A DNA stretch of 64,000 nt from a virus. The stretch covers positions 38,897 through 102,896 of IMG/VR virus record IMGVR_UViG_3300050821_002231; one strand, 5' to 3'. The position numbers and the translations under genes were made by a program. The stretch's first letter is position 1, and the number at the start of each line of letters is the position of its first letter. The notes under the pieces are model-generated. The model made no database searches. It had not been told where the DNA came from and saw only the letters and a list, made by a program, of their open reading frames with translations. Shown piece after piece: positions 40,537-52,100 of this stretch.

Positions 40537-41559
40537 ATGTATTCATTCATGCGCCGAACGGCCGTCCTTTCTTTGTTATTATTCTCAGTTCTTCTCTGTT
40601 TGGGAATCAACGCATATTCGCAGACTCCGCCGCTTGCTCTTGGTAGCGTATCGAGCGTTGCCGGTGCCTCCTGTCCTGGAGGAGTTGGGTTTCTTGGTGC
40701 GGATACTTGCTTCACCGCGAACGTTAGTTGCACTGGTGTGCCGAATCTAGGAGTCACTTACAGCGTTCAGAATCCCACAGTTAAACGCTTTGGCACCGTG
40801 GTTTATTTCGCCACTGGTCAAGGGACCACGCTATCAGGTCAAGTAATTGGCACCTTCCAGCCATCGCTGGTGGCCGCGGGATACCAAGTCGTAAAGTTTA
40901 TCTGGGCCTCTTCATGGTGGAATGCGGCAACGACGCCCAATCTACTAACGTCTGCATGTCTGCCGGCCACTCTGGGGAATTATTTTCATACCTCGATTTA
41001 CACCTCGGGTTTCTTTAATGTGCTGGGCAATAGCGCGGGATCAGCGGCAGTGGGTTATTGGCTAGCATGGTACGGCGGCGCATCGGTGCTGCATTTTGTA
41101 GAACTGATGAACGGCCCGGTGTTCTCCGATCTCTCGCAAGGTTGCCAGTTTCCCCAAGCACCTAATGTCACGATCATGCCGACCTACGGGGTTCCGTGGT
41201 CAGGCAGCGTGTACTACCAAGGGGGCGACCCGTCATCGCTTACCACTGCGACCGGCATTCAATGCCTCAATCCATCAGGAACCACAGGAACGCAGAACAC
41301 GGCATGGAAGGCACAGAGCATAACCGCCCCAGGATGGATTTCATCCTATCCGAACGTCACTATTGCCTCATGGGTGTGCAACAGCAACTTGAATAACTCC
41401 GAAGGGCAAGCGTGGCTATTTTACAGCGCGCTAACTTCGCCCTACCGGCTGACTCCAGTGAGTGGATGCACAGGGGCAGAGGATATAACGGACGGTACGA
41501 CGCCAGCGGGAATCAACGGAGGCACGGCGGTTCTGAACGACATGCTGCAAGACCCGTAG
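40537..41559 (+). CDS. Secreted alpha/beta hydrolase-like protein
   Basis: Signal peptide; nucleophile elbow GNSAG. Confidence 0.55.
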   Translation: MYSFMRRTAVLSLLLFSVLLCLGINAYSQTPPLALGSVSSVAGASCPGGVGFLGADTCFTANVSCTGVPNLGVTYSVQNPTVKRFGTVVYFATGQGTTLSGQVIGTFQPSLVAAGYQVVKFIWASSWWNAATTPNLLTSACLPATLGNYFHTSIYTSGFFNVLGNSAGSAAVGYWLAWYGGASVLHFVELMNGPVFSDLSQGCQFPQAPNVTIMPTYGVPWSGSVYYQGGDPSSLTTATGIQCLNPSGTTGTQNTAWKAQSITAPGWISSYPNVTIASWVCNSNLNNSEGQAWLFYSALTSPYRLTPVSGCTGAEDITDGTTPAGINGGTAVLNDMLQDP

Positions 41560-41624
41560 ACATTTGAACGGCACGGCAAGGCACGCTATCTTCTAACGCT
41601 CACGGCGTAGAAAAGGAGTGTCCA

Positions 41625-42380
41625 ATGGTAATTGAATTCGGGAGCGGCATACTTTTTGGCAAGCCGATTGCTGGCAACCTGCCCACCAATCCTACGCCGG
41701 TGCGTCTCGGCGTTCTACAAGAAGTCACCGTCACATTCAAAGGTGACCTCAAGAAACTATTCGGCCAGTACCAGTTTCCCGTTGCGACGGCGCGCGGCAA
41801 GGTGGAGATCGACATTAAAGGCAAGTTTGCGGCCTTCGATCCGGTAGCTATAAACCAACTATTCTTCGCGCAGTCGCAGACGGCTGGCATCACGCTGATC
41901 GCGGATAACGAATCGCATCCTATTGCTGCTACGGTAACTGCGACCAATGCTACAAACTTCGTAAGTCCCGGTGGAGACTTTGGAGTGCAGAATGGCACGA
42001 CGGGCGCCACGATGGTCAAAGTGGCTTCATCTCCCGCTGTTGGCCAGTACAGCGTAGTGGAATCCACGGGGGTCTATAGCTTCAACGCTACGGACGTAAC
42101 CTCGGGATTCCCTGTTTTGTTGAGCTATCTCTACACAGCAGCAACCCGCGGCTTGACCACGCAGATTTCGCAGCAACTCATGGGCTATGCTCCGGAAGTG
42201 GAAATGTTCTTGTATAACAACTTCCGGTCGAAGTACTTGGCTTGCCAACTCAACGATGTGACCATTGGAGAAATTTCCCTGCCAAGCAAGCTGGAAGATT
42301 TCTGGGTCTCGGATATTAGCGGCAGCGCCAACGCCAACGCCGCGAACTCCGTTGGAGCCATCTACTCGGATGTCGCGTAG
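41625..42380 (+). CDS. Major tail tube protein
   Basis: FGSGILFG, LQEVTVTF...KKLFGQYQFPVATARGK; followed by a terminator and the chaperone gene. Confidence 0.8.
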   Translation: MVIEFGSGILFGKPIAGNLPTNPTPVRLGVLQEVTVTFKGDLKKLFGQYQFPVATARGKVEIDIKGKFAAFDPVAINQLFFAQSQTAGITLIADNESHPIAATVTATNATNFVSPGGDFGVQNGTTGATMVKVASSPAVGQYSVVESTGVYSFNATDVTSGFPVLLSYLYTAATRGLTTQISQQLMGYAPEVEMFLYNNFRSKYLACQLNDVTIGEISLPSKLEDFWVSDISGSANANAANSVGAIYSDVA

Positions 42381-42397
42381 CAGTCATTAACCTCAAC

Positions 42398-42430
42398 GTG
42401 GGCGGGGCTTCGGCTTCGCCCGCATATTTT
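42398..42430 (+). terminator. Terminator-like hairpin after the tail tube gene
   Basis: gtgggcggggc-ttcg-gcttcgcccgc followed by a T-rich tract. Confidence 0.6.
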
Positions 42431-42451
42431 CAAAGGGAAGGAACCTGCACG

Positions 42452-43185
42452 ATGCGTACGAAAGAAGTGGAATGTGAAGGACAGAAATACCTGTTCGGCA
42501 AGTTAACCAGCGGCCAAGTAGATGAATTAATCTTCGCTATCGGCGAAATGCGTAAAGAGGAAGGGAAGATTATCGCCTCCGTCACAGGCGGGAAACGAAT
42601 GTTGCGGACGCAGATATGCCCGGTGATAGCTGCGGCCTTCAATAACGCAATTGCCGGTGACGGCAAATGGTTTTTCGATGGATGGGATCGTCCCGCAGAT
42701 CTTAAACCAGAAGCCACTTGGTACAGCGCCAAGGATGTATTTGGTACCTTGGACTTTTCCGACACTATCCGCGTCTATAATGAGATCACTCGATTCAGTG
42801 CACTCACAAGCGAAGTCAAGAAAGCCGCCCCATCGGGGGAAGGCGAAGCAGTCGATACTACCGCGACCAGCTAGAACGTCTTATCGCCTGCTTATCCATT
42901 GAGCTGCACAAGTTTCCCGAAGAGGTTTGGTGTATGCCCTATGCAGACGCTATGCTCTTATGGCGTGAGTTCGAGGAAGCCCCGCCTGTGCGTACCCTCT
43001 TCGCAAAATTCGTCGGCTACGAGAACCCACATCGCCGCTGGTCTGGAAAGAATATGAGTGGCGACGATTTCATGTTCTTACAAAAGGCAATGGGTGCGCC
43101 AGCGCAGCCTAAAATGCCCGATCATTTGAAAGATGCCCTGAATTGGGCAGAAAACATGAAGAAGAAACATCCCGCGTTGCAGTAA
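42452..43185 (+). CDS. Tail assembly chaperone G (42452-42874) and frameshift extension GT
   Basis: Slippery G GGG GAA at 42835-42841; the -1 frame stays open to 43185, just before the tape measure gene. Confidence 0.75.
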
Positions 43186-43210
43186 TCCCTCCACCCGGTG
43201 GAATCATTCG

Positions 43211-46183
43211 ATGCCTGACGATGTAGTCTTCAAACTCACGACCGTGTACGACGGCACCAGCGTTGCCGAGGGTATGAGTGGAACTACGTCTGTAATTGAG
43301 GGCGACACGGCAGCGTGGAAAGAAGCGTTCAACTCCACCTTCCTGCAGATAGATGAGAGCAACGCGACTCTGATTGCATCCATTGAGAAACTTACTGCCG
43401 CGATCGACACAATTCCGATAGCAAGTGAACGCGCGGCTGCAGAATCGGGCACCGCATTTTCCGCTCTTTCTGAGCGAATCGTCAACACGGCAGAAGTAGC
43501 GAAGCTCGAAGCGGCCGGCATTGGCGGGGCGTTCTCCGGTCTGGGTGCTCTGCTCGGCGGCGGAATCGCAGTCGGATTCCTCGCGCACTTCCTCGACGAA
43601 ACCAACAAAGAAGTTATCGCACTCGGAAATCTGTCTACTCAGACAGGCATTTCCATCTCCTCGCTCGCTGGATTGCAATTAACCACGCGGGAACTCGGCA
43701 TTGACTTCCAAGTTGTGCAGCAGTCGATGTCGCGCCTTGAAGCAGCGCAAGCGCGTGCAGTGGAAGGCAGCAGAGGCCAGATAGAAGCCTTCCAGCGTAT
43801 CGGCCTTTCCGTCAAAGAGATCAAGGACCTCTCGCCAGAAGAGTTGTTCAATACGGTATCCGGAGCGGTCCAAAACACGGCTAGCTCGTCTGACATCGCG
43901 GCCTCTTCCATGACGCTCCTCGGGCGCGGTGGCAAAGCACTAATCCCGGTTTTCAAAGAGTACGGCAGTTCTCTCGATGAGGTGATGAAGAAACTCGGAG
44001 AGGAGAGCGGGGTCACGGAAACAGCGTACGCCGAAGCGCTGAAGTATCAGAAGGTGATGGCAGACCTTGGTGACACACTGCGAAAGGTAGCCATTGAGTC
44101 CATTCCTCTTCTAACGACCGCGATTCGATATGGAGTCGCAGGGTTTGACGAGTTGGCTGGGACTATCGACAAGGTAGTCATTCGGATGTATCAGTACGAG
44201 CAGGACGCGGAAGCAATTTCCAATGCCACGCTTACCCTAACGTCGCCGATGCAGGCGATACGCGACAATGCCCGAGAGGCCGATGCTGCTATCGCGCAGT
44301 TGACGAAAGATACAACTGACCATGTGCGGTCGGCTCTTGGACTTGCAAGCGTCACCGAAGTGGAAAATCAAGGCACGAAAGCTATCGAAGCCTATGCCAA
44401 CAGCGGCAAAGACCTCGCGCATCTTTCCGACGTATTCGCGCAAGTAAAAGGCGATTGGTTCGCGTTCACGCAAGCCATCGCAAGCGAAGGCGCTAAGTCA
44501 GATCCATTTGGGATTTCCTCAGTTCTTAAGACGATTGATCAGCGCGAAAATAAACCGAGCGGCGCGGGTGCCCCTGCGCCGAAGGATAACCGTTTGGAGG
44601 AATGGAAACTCCAACTCCAACAAATGGAGGATGCTAGTAACGCCTCACACATCGTAATCGAATCCCAGGAACTGGCTTTCTGGGATCACATTCTTCAGAC
44701 AGTAAAACTTAAGACCTCGGAAGAGGTTGCGATTCGTCATAGCATCGCAACCCTGAACAAGGACATTGAAAAGGAACTGCAAGCCGATGTAATCCGTAGT
44801 TACGAAGAGGGCGCACGCGCCGCAGGCGAAGGATCGGAAAAACAACTTGAAATTCTGCGCACCCTTTACGAGTACACATCCCGAGTGTACGGCGAATTAT
44901 CGCCACAGGCCGTGCACGCGTACGACGAGATTATTGCGTCCAGCCGCAAGGCGGCGGAGCAGCAAATCAAAGATGTTACGGAAGTGGCGAAGGCCGCAGA
45001 AAAGGCCGCACAGCAGCGTATCGAGGAAGCGCAGAAGCAATTAGAGACCCAGCACAAGGAAGACACGACCCAGATTGAATCCTCGGGCAAGCAAACTGTC
45101 GGTGCGCTAGGAGGCGGCAAGGGGATCATTGGCGGCGGTATCCAACTCGAAGTCGCACAGCAAGACACGCAGCAACTCTTGGCATTGGATGAATCCTTTG
45201 CTGCGGCTAGCATTGCGAACGCGCGAGCAATCGAAGCTGCTAAGGTCGAAGAGTTAAACAAAATTCGCTCAGAAACCCAAGCGCAGTATGACGCCGGAGC
45301 GCTCGGAGAGCAAGCCTATAACGAAAAAATCAAGCAACTCGACACCGAGCAGGAGGCGGCAGTCGAGGCGGAACAGACTAAAGAACTCGACATTACCCGA
45401 AAGACGGCAGACCAAAGGTTTCAAATCGAGCAGCAGTATGCGAAGCAGGTAGAAGCGGTTCAGCAGGAGATTGCGAATCGCATGGCTTCGGAACTCGATA
45501 AGATGATTTTGCAGTCGCGAAATTTTCATGAAGCCATCACGAAACTCTGGGTTGATGCAGTGCAGGGTATCATCAAGCAGATCGACAAGATGGCGACGGA
45601 GTTTATTACCCGGCAGCTGATTATGGTTGCTGCGAAGAGGTCTGCGGACGCAGCATTGGACGCGGCACAAGGAACGGCTGATGTTGGTAAAACAGTCGTC
45701 AACAATGCAGCAAACGCGGCAGCGGCCGAGAGTTACATTGGTACAGCGGCAGCAGCAGCTTTTGCAGGGCAACTGGAAATCAGCGACGGTTTAGACGTTC
45801 CTGGAGCCGTGGCTGCTGCAAGCGCAGTAGAATCTGCGGGTCAGGTATTCGTTGCTCAAGCCAGTGCCGCAGGTGGCTGGGAACTTCCAAGTAGCGGCGG
45901 CCCGTTCCCTATGCTTGGCCATCCCGATGAAATGATGTTGCCAGCGCCAATCTCAACGGGTCTAAAGAGAATGATCACAATGCAGAGCCTGCAGGAGAAC
46001 AACAGTTCGACAACGAATGCCGCACCTGCGATTGGCAATCTGCACTATCACGCGGGCGACGTACATGCACTGGATGGCAGCGGAGTATCCGATGTTCTTT
46101 CTAAGCATCCTGCACAGTTAGCGAAGATGGTCTCTGGACTCGTGAGCAGAGGGCATCTTGACCCGAGAGGCTTCGTGCGATGA
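43211..46183 (+). CDS. Tape measure protein
   Basis: 990 aa, Ala/Gln-rich helical; LSTQTGIS, LLGRGGKALIP, HPDEMMLP. Confidence 0.88.
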   Translation: MPDDVVFKLTTVYDGTSVAEGMSGTTSVIEGDTAAWKEAFNSTFLQIDESNATLIASIEKLTAAIDTIPIASERAAAESGTAFSALSERIVNTAEVAKLEAAGIGGAFSGLGALLGGGIAVGFLAHFLDETNKEVIALGNLSTQTGISISSLAGLQLTTRELGIDFQVVQQSMSRLEAAQARAVEGSRGQIEAFQRIGLSVKEIKDLSPEELFNTVSGAVQNTASSSDIAASSMTLLGRGGKALIPVFKEYGSSLDEVMKKLGEESGVTETAYAEALKYQKVMADLGDTLRKVAIESIPLLTTAIRYGVAGFDELAGTIDKVVIRMYQYEQDAEAISNATLTLTSPMQAIRDNAREADAAIAQLTKDTTDHVRSALGLASVTEVENQGTKAIEAYANSGKDLAHLSDVFAQVKGDWFAFTQAIASEGAKSDPFGISSVLKTIDQRENKPSGAGAPAPKDNRLEEWKLQLQQMEDASNASHIVIESQELAFWDHILQTVKLKTSEEVAIRHSIATLNKDIEKELQADVIRSYEEGARAAGEGSEKQLEILRTLYEYTSRVYGELSPQAVHAYDEIIASSRKAAEQQIKDVTEVAKAAEKAAQQRIEEAQKQLETQHKEDTTQIESSGKQTVGALGGGKGIIGGGIQLEVAQQDTQQLLALDESFAAASIANARAIEAAKVEELNKIRSETQAQYDAGALGEQAYNEKIKQLDTEQEAAVEAEQTKELDITRKTADQRFQIEQQYAKQVEAVQQEIANRMASELDKMILQSRNFHEAITKLWVDAVQGIIKQIDKMATEFITRQLIMVAAKRSADAALDAAQGTADVGKTVVNNAANAAAAESYIGTAAAAAFAGQLEISDGLDVPGAVAAASAVESAGQVFVAQASAAGGWELPSSGGPFPMLGHPDEMMLPAPISTGLKRMITMQSLQENNSSTTNAAPAIGNLHYHAGDVHALDGSGVSDVLSKHPAQLAKMVSGLVSRGHLDPRGFVR

Positions 46184-47151
46184 GTTTGACGACCTCTCTC
46201 GCAATCTTCCCAGGATTCAAGCCCGGCCAATCGTTTACGCCTCCGCCTACGCCGATTCGCGCACAGCCTTCCTGGAATTTCAAAGAAACTGCGAAGTGGA
46301 ACAACTCAAGGCAAGAGGCTATCAATGGTCGCGTCTCCGTTGTGAAGTATTGGAACAATCCAAAGTGGGACTGGGAATGGATCTACAGCTTTATGTCCGA
46401 CGACCCATCGGGACAGGCTTATGGTATTGGTTTGAACCAGTTCTATCCACAACCGATTCCTGCAACGGACCTCGGAGTTCTGAAAGGCTTCTACCATGCG
46501 ATGCAGGGCGCCAACATGTTCGCCTACCAACCGCCAGACTGTGTGATTGGCGGAAACATGAGCATCACTGCAGTTTCGGGCGCGGGGAATCTCTTCACTC
46601 TCTACGGCGCGAACAACGCACAGCTTGGGAACTATGCGAACATCTCTGGATTAGGCCCGACGAGTTTTCTTGATGGCAACCGTCAAGTGCTTGCCTGTTC
46701 CCCTTTATACATCACGGTATATCTTGCACATGCCGACTATGCACTCACTGCTGATTCAGGGTCAGCATTCATCGGACAACTCCTCTCGCCGGCAGATGCG
46801 AACAACAATTCAGAACTGGTGCACACGATTGGCGCCTACCCAGCGATTCCCTTGACCGGGACTCCGCCGACAGCAACACTGGCAACGGAGTCAGTACAGC
46901 TAATAGACTCTTCCACGCTTCAAGTTCAGGCCAATGGCACAACTGTAAGCACGATAACGCTCCCAGTAAATACGGTGCCGAACTATCAAGGTCTCGTGCT
47001 GAATTTTGCGTCCGCGCCAACGCCCCCGATTGTCGCAGCATTCAGTTATTACTATCCGGTGCGGTTCTCGGAAGACACACAAGAGTATGAAAATTTTTCG
47101 GCCATGCTTTATTCGTGCAGTTCCGTAAAAATGGAACAAGATAGGCTCTAA
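46180..47151 (+). CDS. Distal tail protein (DUF2460-like)
   Basis: LKGFYHAMQG...FSYYYPVRFSED; follows the tape measure gene. Confidence 0.7.
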   Translation: MSLTTSLAIFPGFKPGQSFTPPPTPIRAQPSWNFKETAKWNNSRQEAINGRVSVVKYWNNPKWDWEWIYSFMSDDPSGQAYGIGLNQFYPQPIPATDLGVLKGFYHAMQGANMFAYQPPDCVIGGNMSITAVSGAGNLFTLYGANNAQLGNYANISGLGPTSFLDGNRQVLACSPLYITVYLAHADYALTADSGSAFIGQLLSPADANNNSELVHTIGAYPAIPLTGTPPTATLATESVQLIDSSTLQVQANGTTVSTITLPVNTVPNYQGLVLNFASAPTPPIVAAFSYYYPVRFSEDTQEYENFSAMLYSCSSVKMEQDRL

Positions 47152-47152
47152 A

Positions 47153-47398
47153 ATGATCGACGAAAAACTAAAGACAGTCCTCATCGACAACATCGGCGAA
47201 CCCGAAGGCGGCTTCGCGGAATCAACGTCACTTGCCAATGTGGATTCCTTGCGAATACTAGAGATCGGCATAGCGCTTGAAGAGGCTTACGGGATCATCA
47301 TCGAAGATGAAGATATGCGAAGAAACGGCAATAATGTCTTTGCCGCGGTTGGTGATTTGCAAGAGTATCTAAAGCGGAGGACGAGTTGCCCCGCGTAA
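47153..47398 (+). CDS. Second, divergent acyl carrier protein-like gene
   Basis: NVDSLRILEIGIALEEAYGIIIEDED...VGDLQEYL. Confidence 0.75.
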   Translation: MIDEKLKTVLIDNIGEPEGGFAESTSLANVDSLRILEIGIALEEAYGIIIEDEDMRRNGNNVFAAVGDLQEYLKRRTSCPA

Positions 47399-48510
47399 TC
47401 TATAATCCTGCGACAGGAGTTATTAACTCGTCCTCTGTTCAGACCGCCCTGCTAACTGATCAGACCTTGGTAATCTGTAATCTCTACAGCTTCGCGAACC
47501 GAGTGTTCTGGACTTACGACCCAACTAGTCATGTAGCGTTCTGGTCATTCACTGATGGAGACTTTGCGTGTGCAGTTAAGTATCTTCAGTTGTTCGCATC
47601 GGGCAGCGTGCAAATTTCAGCCTTGAACGCAGGGAATATGTACTACACCGCAGCGCCAGGAGGCGCAGGAGTTACATATTTACCGGCTAGACGCACCGGG
47701 GTAGGCGGAGCCCTGAATGATGCAGGCTTCAAGCGAGGTCCGCTCACTTACGAAGTTGGCTTGGCAGCCAACGCTCCAGAGTTAAATTGGTTTGTTGATG
47801 ACGCTGCCGACCACTTCGCGCCTCTCAGTGGAGCCTACACCCAACTAATTAATCCGCCCGTGGCCATCTTGCCTATGAGGCAGGCAATGGTCAACTTCCG
47901 AGCATTCGACGACTGCCCATTCTGGATTCATCGCGCGATCTTTACGGACTTCCCAAATAAGGGAGGATTATTTCTAGGCACGACATTGATGTGGCGCGGG
48001 TTCATCCGTAAGGTGGAAGCTGCCGCAGATTACCTCAAAATTACTTTGGCGAGTTTGATGCAGATTATTCAAGACACGCCAGTGCCGACGCAGATCATTC
48101 AGGCGAACAGCCGTACTGGGCCATTCCTGCCGTTCCCAACCGTGGGAGCCAGCACACTTGGCCCATATCCTTCAGCAGGTTCCATTGTGCGAATCGCGGC
48201 CAAGACTTATACCGTGAGCGGTTCGGGAATCGTCGCGAACCAATTTCAAGACTGCTGGGTAACGTTCAATCCGCAGGCATCGAGTTTCAACTTCGCGCCG
48301 CAGAGCGGTCTTCCTCCACAGGCTACGCCATGCTGGAAAATTCAGAGCAACACCGCCTCCAGCGGGGGTGCTGTGAATATTACATTCTACGATCCGCCGA
48401 TTGTGCCAGGTAACGTGCAGAACATCAACGTGTTCTCATTGGCATCTGGAACAATCGGAGCACCAGGGGTTGGGAACATACCACCGCCAGATAACAGCCT
48501 CAGCATATGA
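47386..48510 (+). CDS. Baseplate hub (DUF2163-like)
   Basis: Position between Dit and NlpC/P60; FDDC...LMWRGFI. Confidence 0.6.
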   Translation: MPRVIYNPATGVINSSSVQTALLTDQTLVICNLYSFANRVFWTYDPTSHVAFWSFTDGDFACAVKYLQLFASGSVQISALNAGNMYYTAAPGGAGVTYLPARRTGVGGALNDAGFKRGPLTYEVGLAANAPELNWFVDDAADHFAPLSGAYTQLINPPVAILPMRQAMVNFRAFDDCPFWIHRAIFTDFPNKGGLFLGTTLMWRGFIRKVEAAADYLKITLASLMQIIQDTPVPTQIIQANSRTGPFLPFPTVGASTLGPYPSAGSIVRIAAKTYTVSGSGIVANQFQDCWVTFNPQASSFNFAPQSGLPPQATPCWKIQSNTASSGGAVNITFYDPPIVPGNVQNINVFSLASGTIGAPGVGNIPPPDNSLSI

Positions 48511-48983
48511 CCGACGAGGAAATCAAAGAGCAGTGTAATGCTGTGATAACAGAAGCGATGTCCTGGGTAGCGCCGAAGAAAACTGCCTACCATCACGGGA
48601 GCGCGATGAAAGGTGTGGGCGTAAGTTGTTCAACATTCATTGCATCTGTATTCAATGCAGCCATCGACACGCATCTCACCGTAGTTGACCACGTTGAGCA
48701 GTGGTATCTGAACGCGAAGGAACAACTGTATCTCGATAACCTAAAAGTGCAGGGCTTCGTAGAAATCGAACGCAGCGAAGTTCGGGCGTGTGACCTAGTT
48801 GTGTCGAATACGATCTATGAAATTTACTGCCACAGCGGGATCATTCAATCATGGCCGACGCCGGCTCCGGTTATCCATGTCACGCGCAACGGAGCCGAAC
48901 GAGTGAAATCTCTTTGGTCAAGTTGGTACTTCGCGCAAAAGCCGAACACTAACAAGTTCTTTCGATGGGGAGGTTGGATGTGA
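48507..48983 (+). CDS. NlpC/P60 tail peptidase
   Basis: YHH...KGVGVSCS, HSGI, VIH. Confidence 0.8.
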   Translation: MTDEEIKEQCNAVITEAMSWVAPKKTAYHHGSAMKGVGVSCSTFIASVFNAAIDTHLTVVDHVEQWYLNAKEQLYLDNLKVQGFVEIERSEVRACDLVVSNTIYEIYCHSGIIQSWPTPAPVIHVTRNGAERVKSLWSSWYFAQKPNTNKFFRWGGWM

Positions 48984-49128
48984 GGAAAGAACATGCGCGA
49001 GAACTCTTTATCAATCTAGCCCTCTACTTCACTGGAACGGTCTGCCTCTATAGCACAGGACATTGGATTGGCGGCTCCGTACTTTTGCTAGCATGGGCAA
49101 GAGTCGCTTTTATTACTGGAATTTAAGA

Positions 49129-52100
49129 ATGCGCGTACTTAAAGGAAATCTCGCCAGCCCTCCGCCGAACGCGACTGGACTTCAGGTTAACAACTCCGCC
49201 TATGGTCAAGCGTTTCCACTGCTCTACGGTTACAGCGACATCGTTCCTAAGCTTATCTGGGCCAGCAACTTTCAGGTGCATGGCGGAGGCAGCGGCATAT
49301 TCGCTAGCGGCGGGAAGGGAAGCACGACTTATTCCACAAATGCTGACTTACTCCTGCCATTCAATGGCATCGAAGGCATCAGCGACGTTTGGTACAACGG
49401 GACGTGGTTCTACATCTTCAGCACGACGCAAGTCGTCAGTATGCCTTCGGGGGCGACCGCTGGGCAGGTTGTAACCTTTACGCTGAGCAATCCGGCGCAA
49501 ATTGCACTTGTTGCTGGCGTCTATCTAGCAGGGATCCCATACTTTGAAAGTTATACAGACTATGTCTATCCAGACGAGAATAACAGTTTCAGCGTAAGCG
49601 GGAACGGGATCATTCCACTCTACAACGCAGCCTTTCCCGCGCCGAACAATGGCAACTGGAGTTCGCTTGGCATTCCATATGCGGAGTACAACCAACCAGG
49701 AATCGGGCCGACAGTGGGCACGGTTACATTCCCTGCGGCAATCAGCGGGTCATTCAGTATAGTCATTGTCTACTACTTCAACGTGAACGTTAGCGGATAT
49801 GCTCTCCCGCTGCCTTCAGCACAGTTGACTTTTGAATCCGAGTTAGGAAACGGCGCTTCAGGGCAACCGATTGTCTATCCTGAGTTTGCTGGTGTCTACG
49901 GCGAGAACATCAATCTTGGCGGTTCTCCAATGCTGCCGCAATGGAGACTCCACGGGAAGGGCTTGTTTGGTCTCGGCTTTCCGGTTACCCAAGGGACTGG
50001 AGTACCAGGTGCAACGGCTCAGACCGTGCAGCAAATGCCGGCCGCGGGCGACTGCAATCCAGCGGACGTGATGTTCGATTTGATTTCGTCCGGCAATGCC
50101 GTGACTTGGTTTGGAACAAACGCCTGTTGGAATCACGGTTGCGGGTTCAGCGGAGTTATCTACGATTCAGGAGGTGGTATAGATAATCAGTTCCAATACT
50201 CCCGCTACGGAAGTCTTGCCATTGACGAAGCTGGGCCGATCGCGTTCCTGCGACTGCGAAATTACTGCCTCGCATATAGCATTCTAATTTCTGCCGAATT
50301 GCGTGACCAGAGTTCGTGTGCTCAGATTCTCAAAGACCTTGCAGAGATTGCGAACTGTGCGCCGTGCTACAACGGTGCCTCGCTGGACTTCGTTCCTTAT
50401 TGCGAGATTTCCAACTTTGGCAATGGCGCGAACTACATTCCCTACACTGCCACTGGCCCTTTCTTCGCACTGATCAGCGCACACTTCTTAACGACAAAGA
50501 AAGACAAGCAAGGAAACTCCAATCCAAAGCCACCGGTCGTTCTGCAGGCAGGGTTGCCACAAGATAATTACAACTCTCTACAGATCAACTTCAAGGATCG
50601 AACAGGAACATCGAACAATAATTCCCTTATCATCACGGATTCCGGTGATCTCACAAGACAAGGGCCACTACCTACCAAATCTCTGTCTTGGCCTTGGGTG
50701 CAAACCCCAAGCATAGCAGCCAATGCAGCTTGGGCCGTGATGCGGCGCAATGCTGTCATCGGACGCGATGGTAAATATATCTTCTCGCTCCCGGCATATT
50801 GGAGTCCCATCTTGACGTTAATGGACTTCATCACTCTGGACGAACCTTCGCTCGATCCGCTCTTGCCTATTCCAGTTCGGATAACGAAGATTTCGGAAAA
50901 CGAAAAAGACTTTACGCTGGAAATTGAGGCAGAGAAATATGTCTATGGCGGAAGCCTTCCGACCGCACCGGCGAGCGGAATAGGTAGCGTGGGCACAGGC
51001 GGAGGCGGAGGTGGCGGCGGTGGGCAAGACAATCCAGGCAGCGTGAATCCGCCGATCTTCATTGAGACAACGCCAGAGATGGTTCCGCTGCAAGAAATTT
51101 GGATTTGTGTGAGCGGTGGCAAGCCGATTGTTAACGGCATTGAAAGTGCCACAAAAGTAAGTGGTGGCGCAAACTATGCTGCCGCCTCAGTCTCGGTCGC
51201 CGGCACGGGCACGGGCTGCACGATGATCGCGGTGATTAGCGGTGGTTCCATTTCAAATTTGGTCGTTACCAATCCAGGCCAGAACTACACAGGAACGCCG
51301 ACGATCACGATCACTGATCCTACGGGACTAGGTTCTGGCGCATCATTTACGGCAGTGATACAAGCCAGCATCCCCGTGAGTTATGGTGGCTGTCTCGTCT
51401 ACATGTCCACGGATGGAGGTACGACCTACGATGCGGTAGAGGACATCTACAGATCGTCGCCAATCATCACGGGCAGTCAAACGATGGGCGTTACTTACAA
51501 CGCGGATTATCCGTTGCATGTTGATCCAGATAGTACCGACACGTTGCATGTTGATCTTACCGAGAGCCAGCAGCCGTTGAGTGCGTTTACGACAGGCCAG
51601 CAAAATGCGTTTCTGTCGCTATGCTATCTCAACGGAGGTGGGACCGTCGAGAACCCCTGTAATACAGCACTGCTTACAATTCCCTATGAACTCGTGGCCT
51701 ACGGCGGTGCGACACTCGCCGCAACAAATAAGTACACTCTCGCTCCGCCAATCCGGCGCGGATGCTATGTAACACCTGTCGCGGATCACCCTATCGGAAC
51801 GCCGTTCTCATTTATGAATGATGGGAAAGTGTTCAAGATGGCGCTCTCGCCAAGCCTCGTGGGAGTGACTCTTTATTTCAAATTCTTGGCGTTCAATACA
51901 TCTAATACTCTCACGCAAACTTTAGCTCAAGCGACGGCCTATGCCTTTACTCCGACAGGGACCGTGGGCTGGCCGATTTGCACGGTAGGAGGCGGGTCGC
52001 CGACGATTAGCCTAGTCAACTCCGGTCAATTCTTGTTCTATCCGAGTTACCATAATGCAGGAGGGCCGACTCAAGCGGAGACTCTTACCTTGGGATGGAC

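Noticed and set aside
41967-41978. Eleventh palindrome copy (cccggtggagac)
   Set aside because: Half-site only, inside coding sequence
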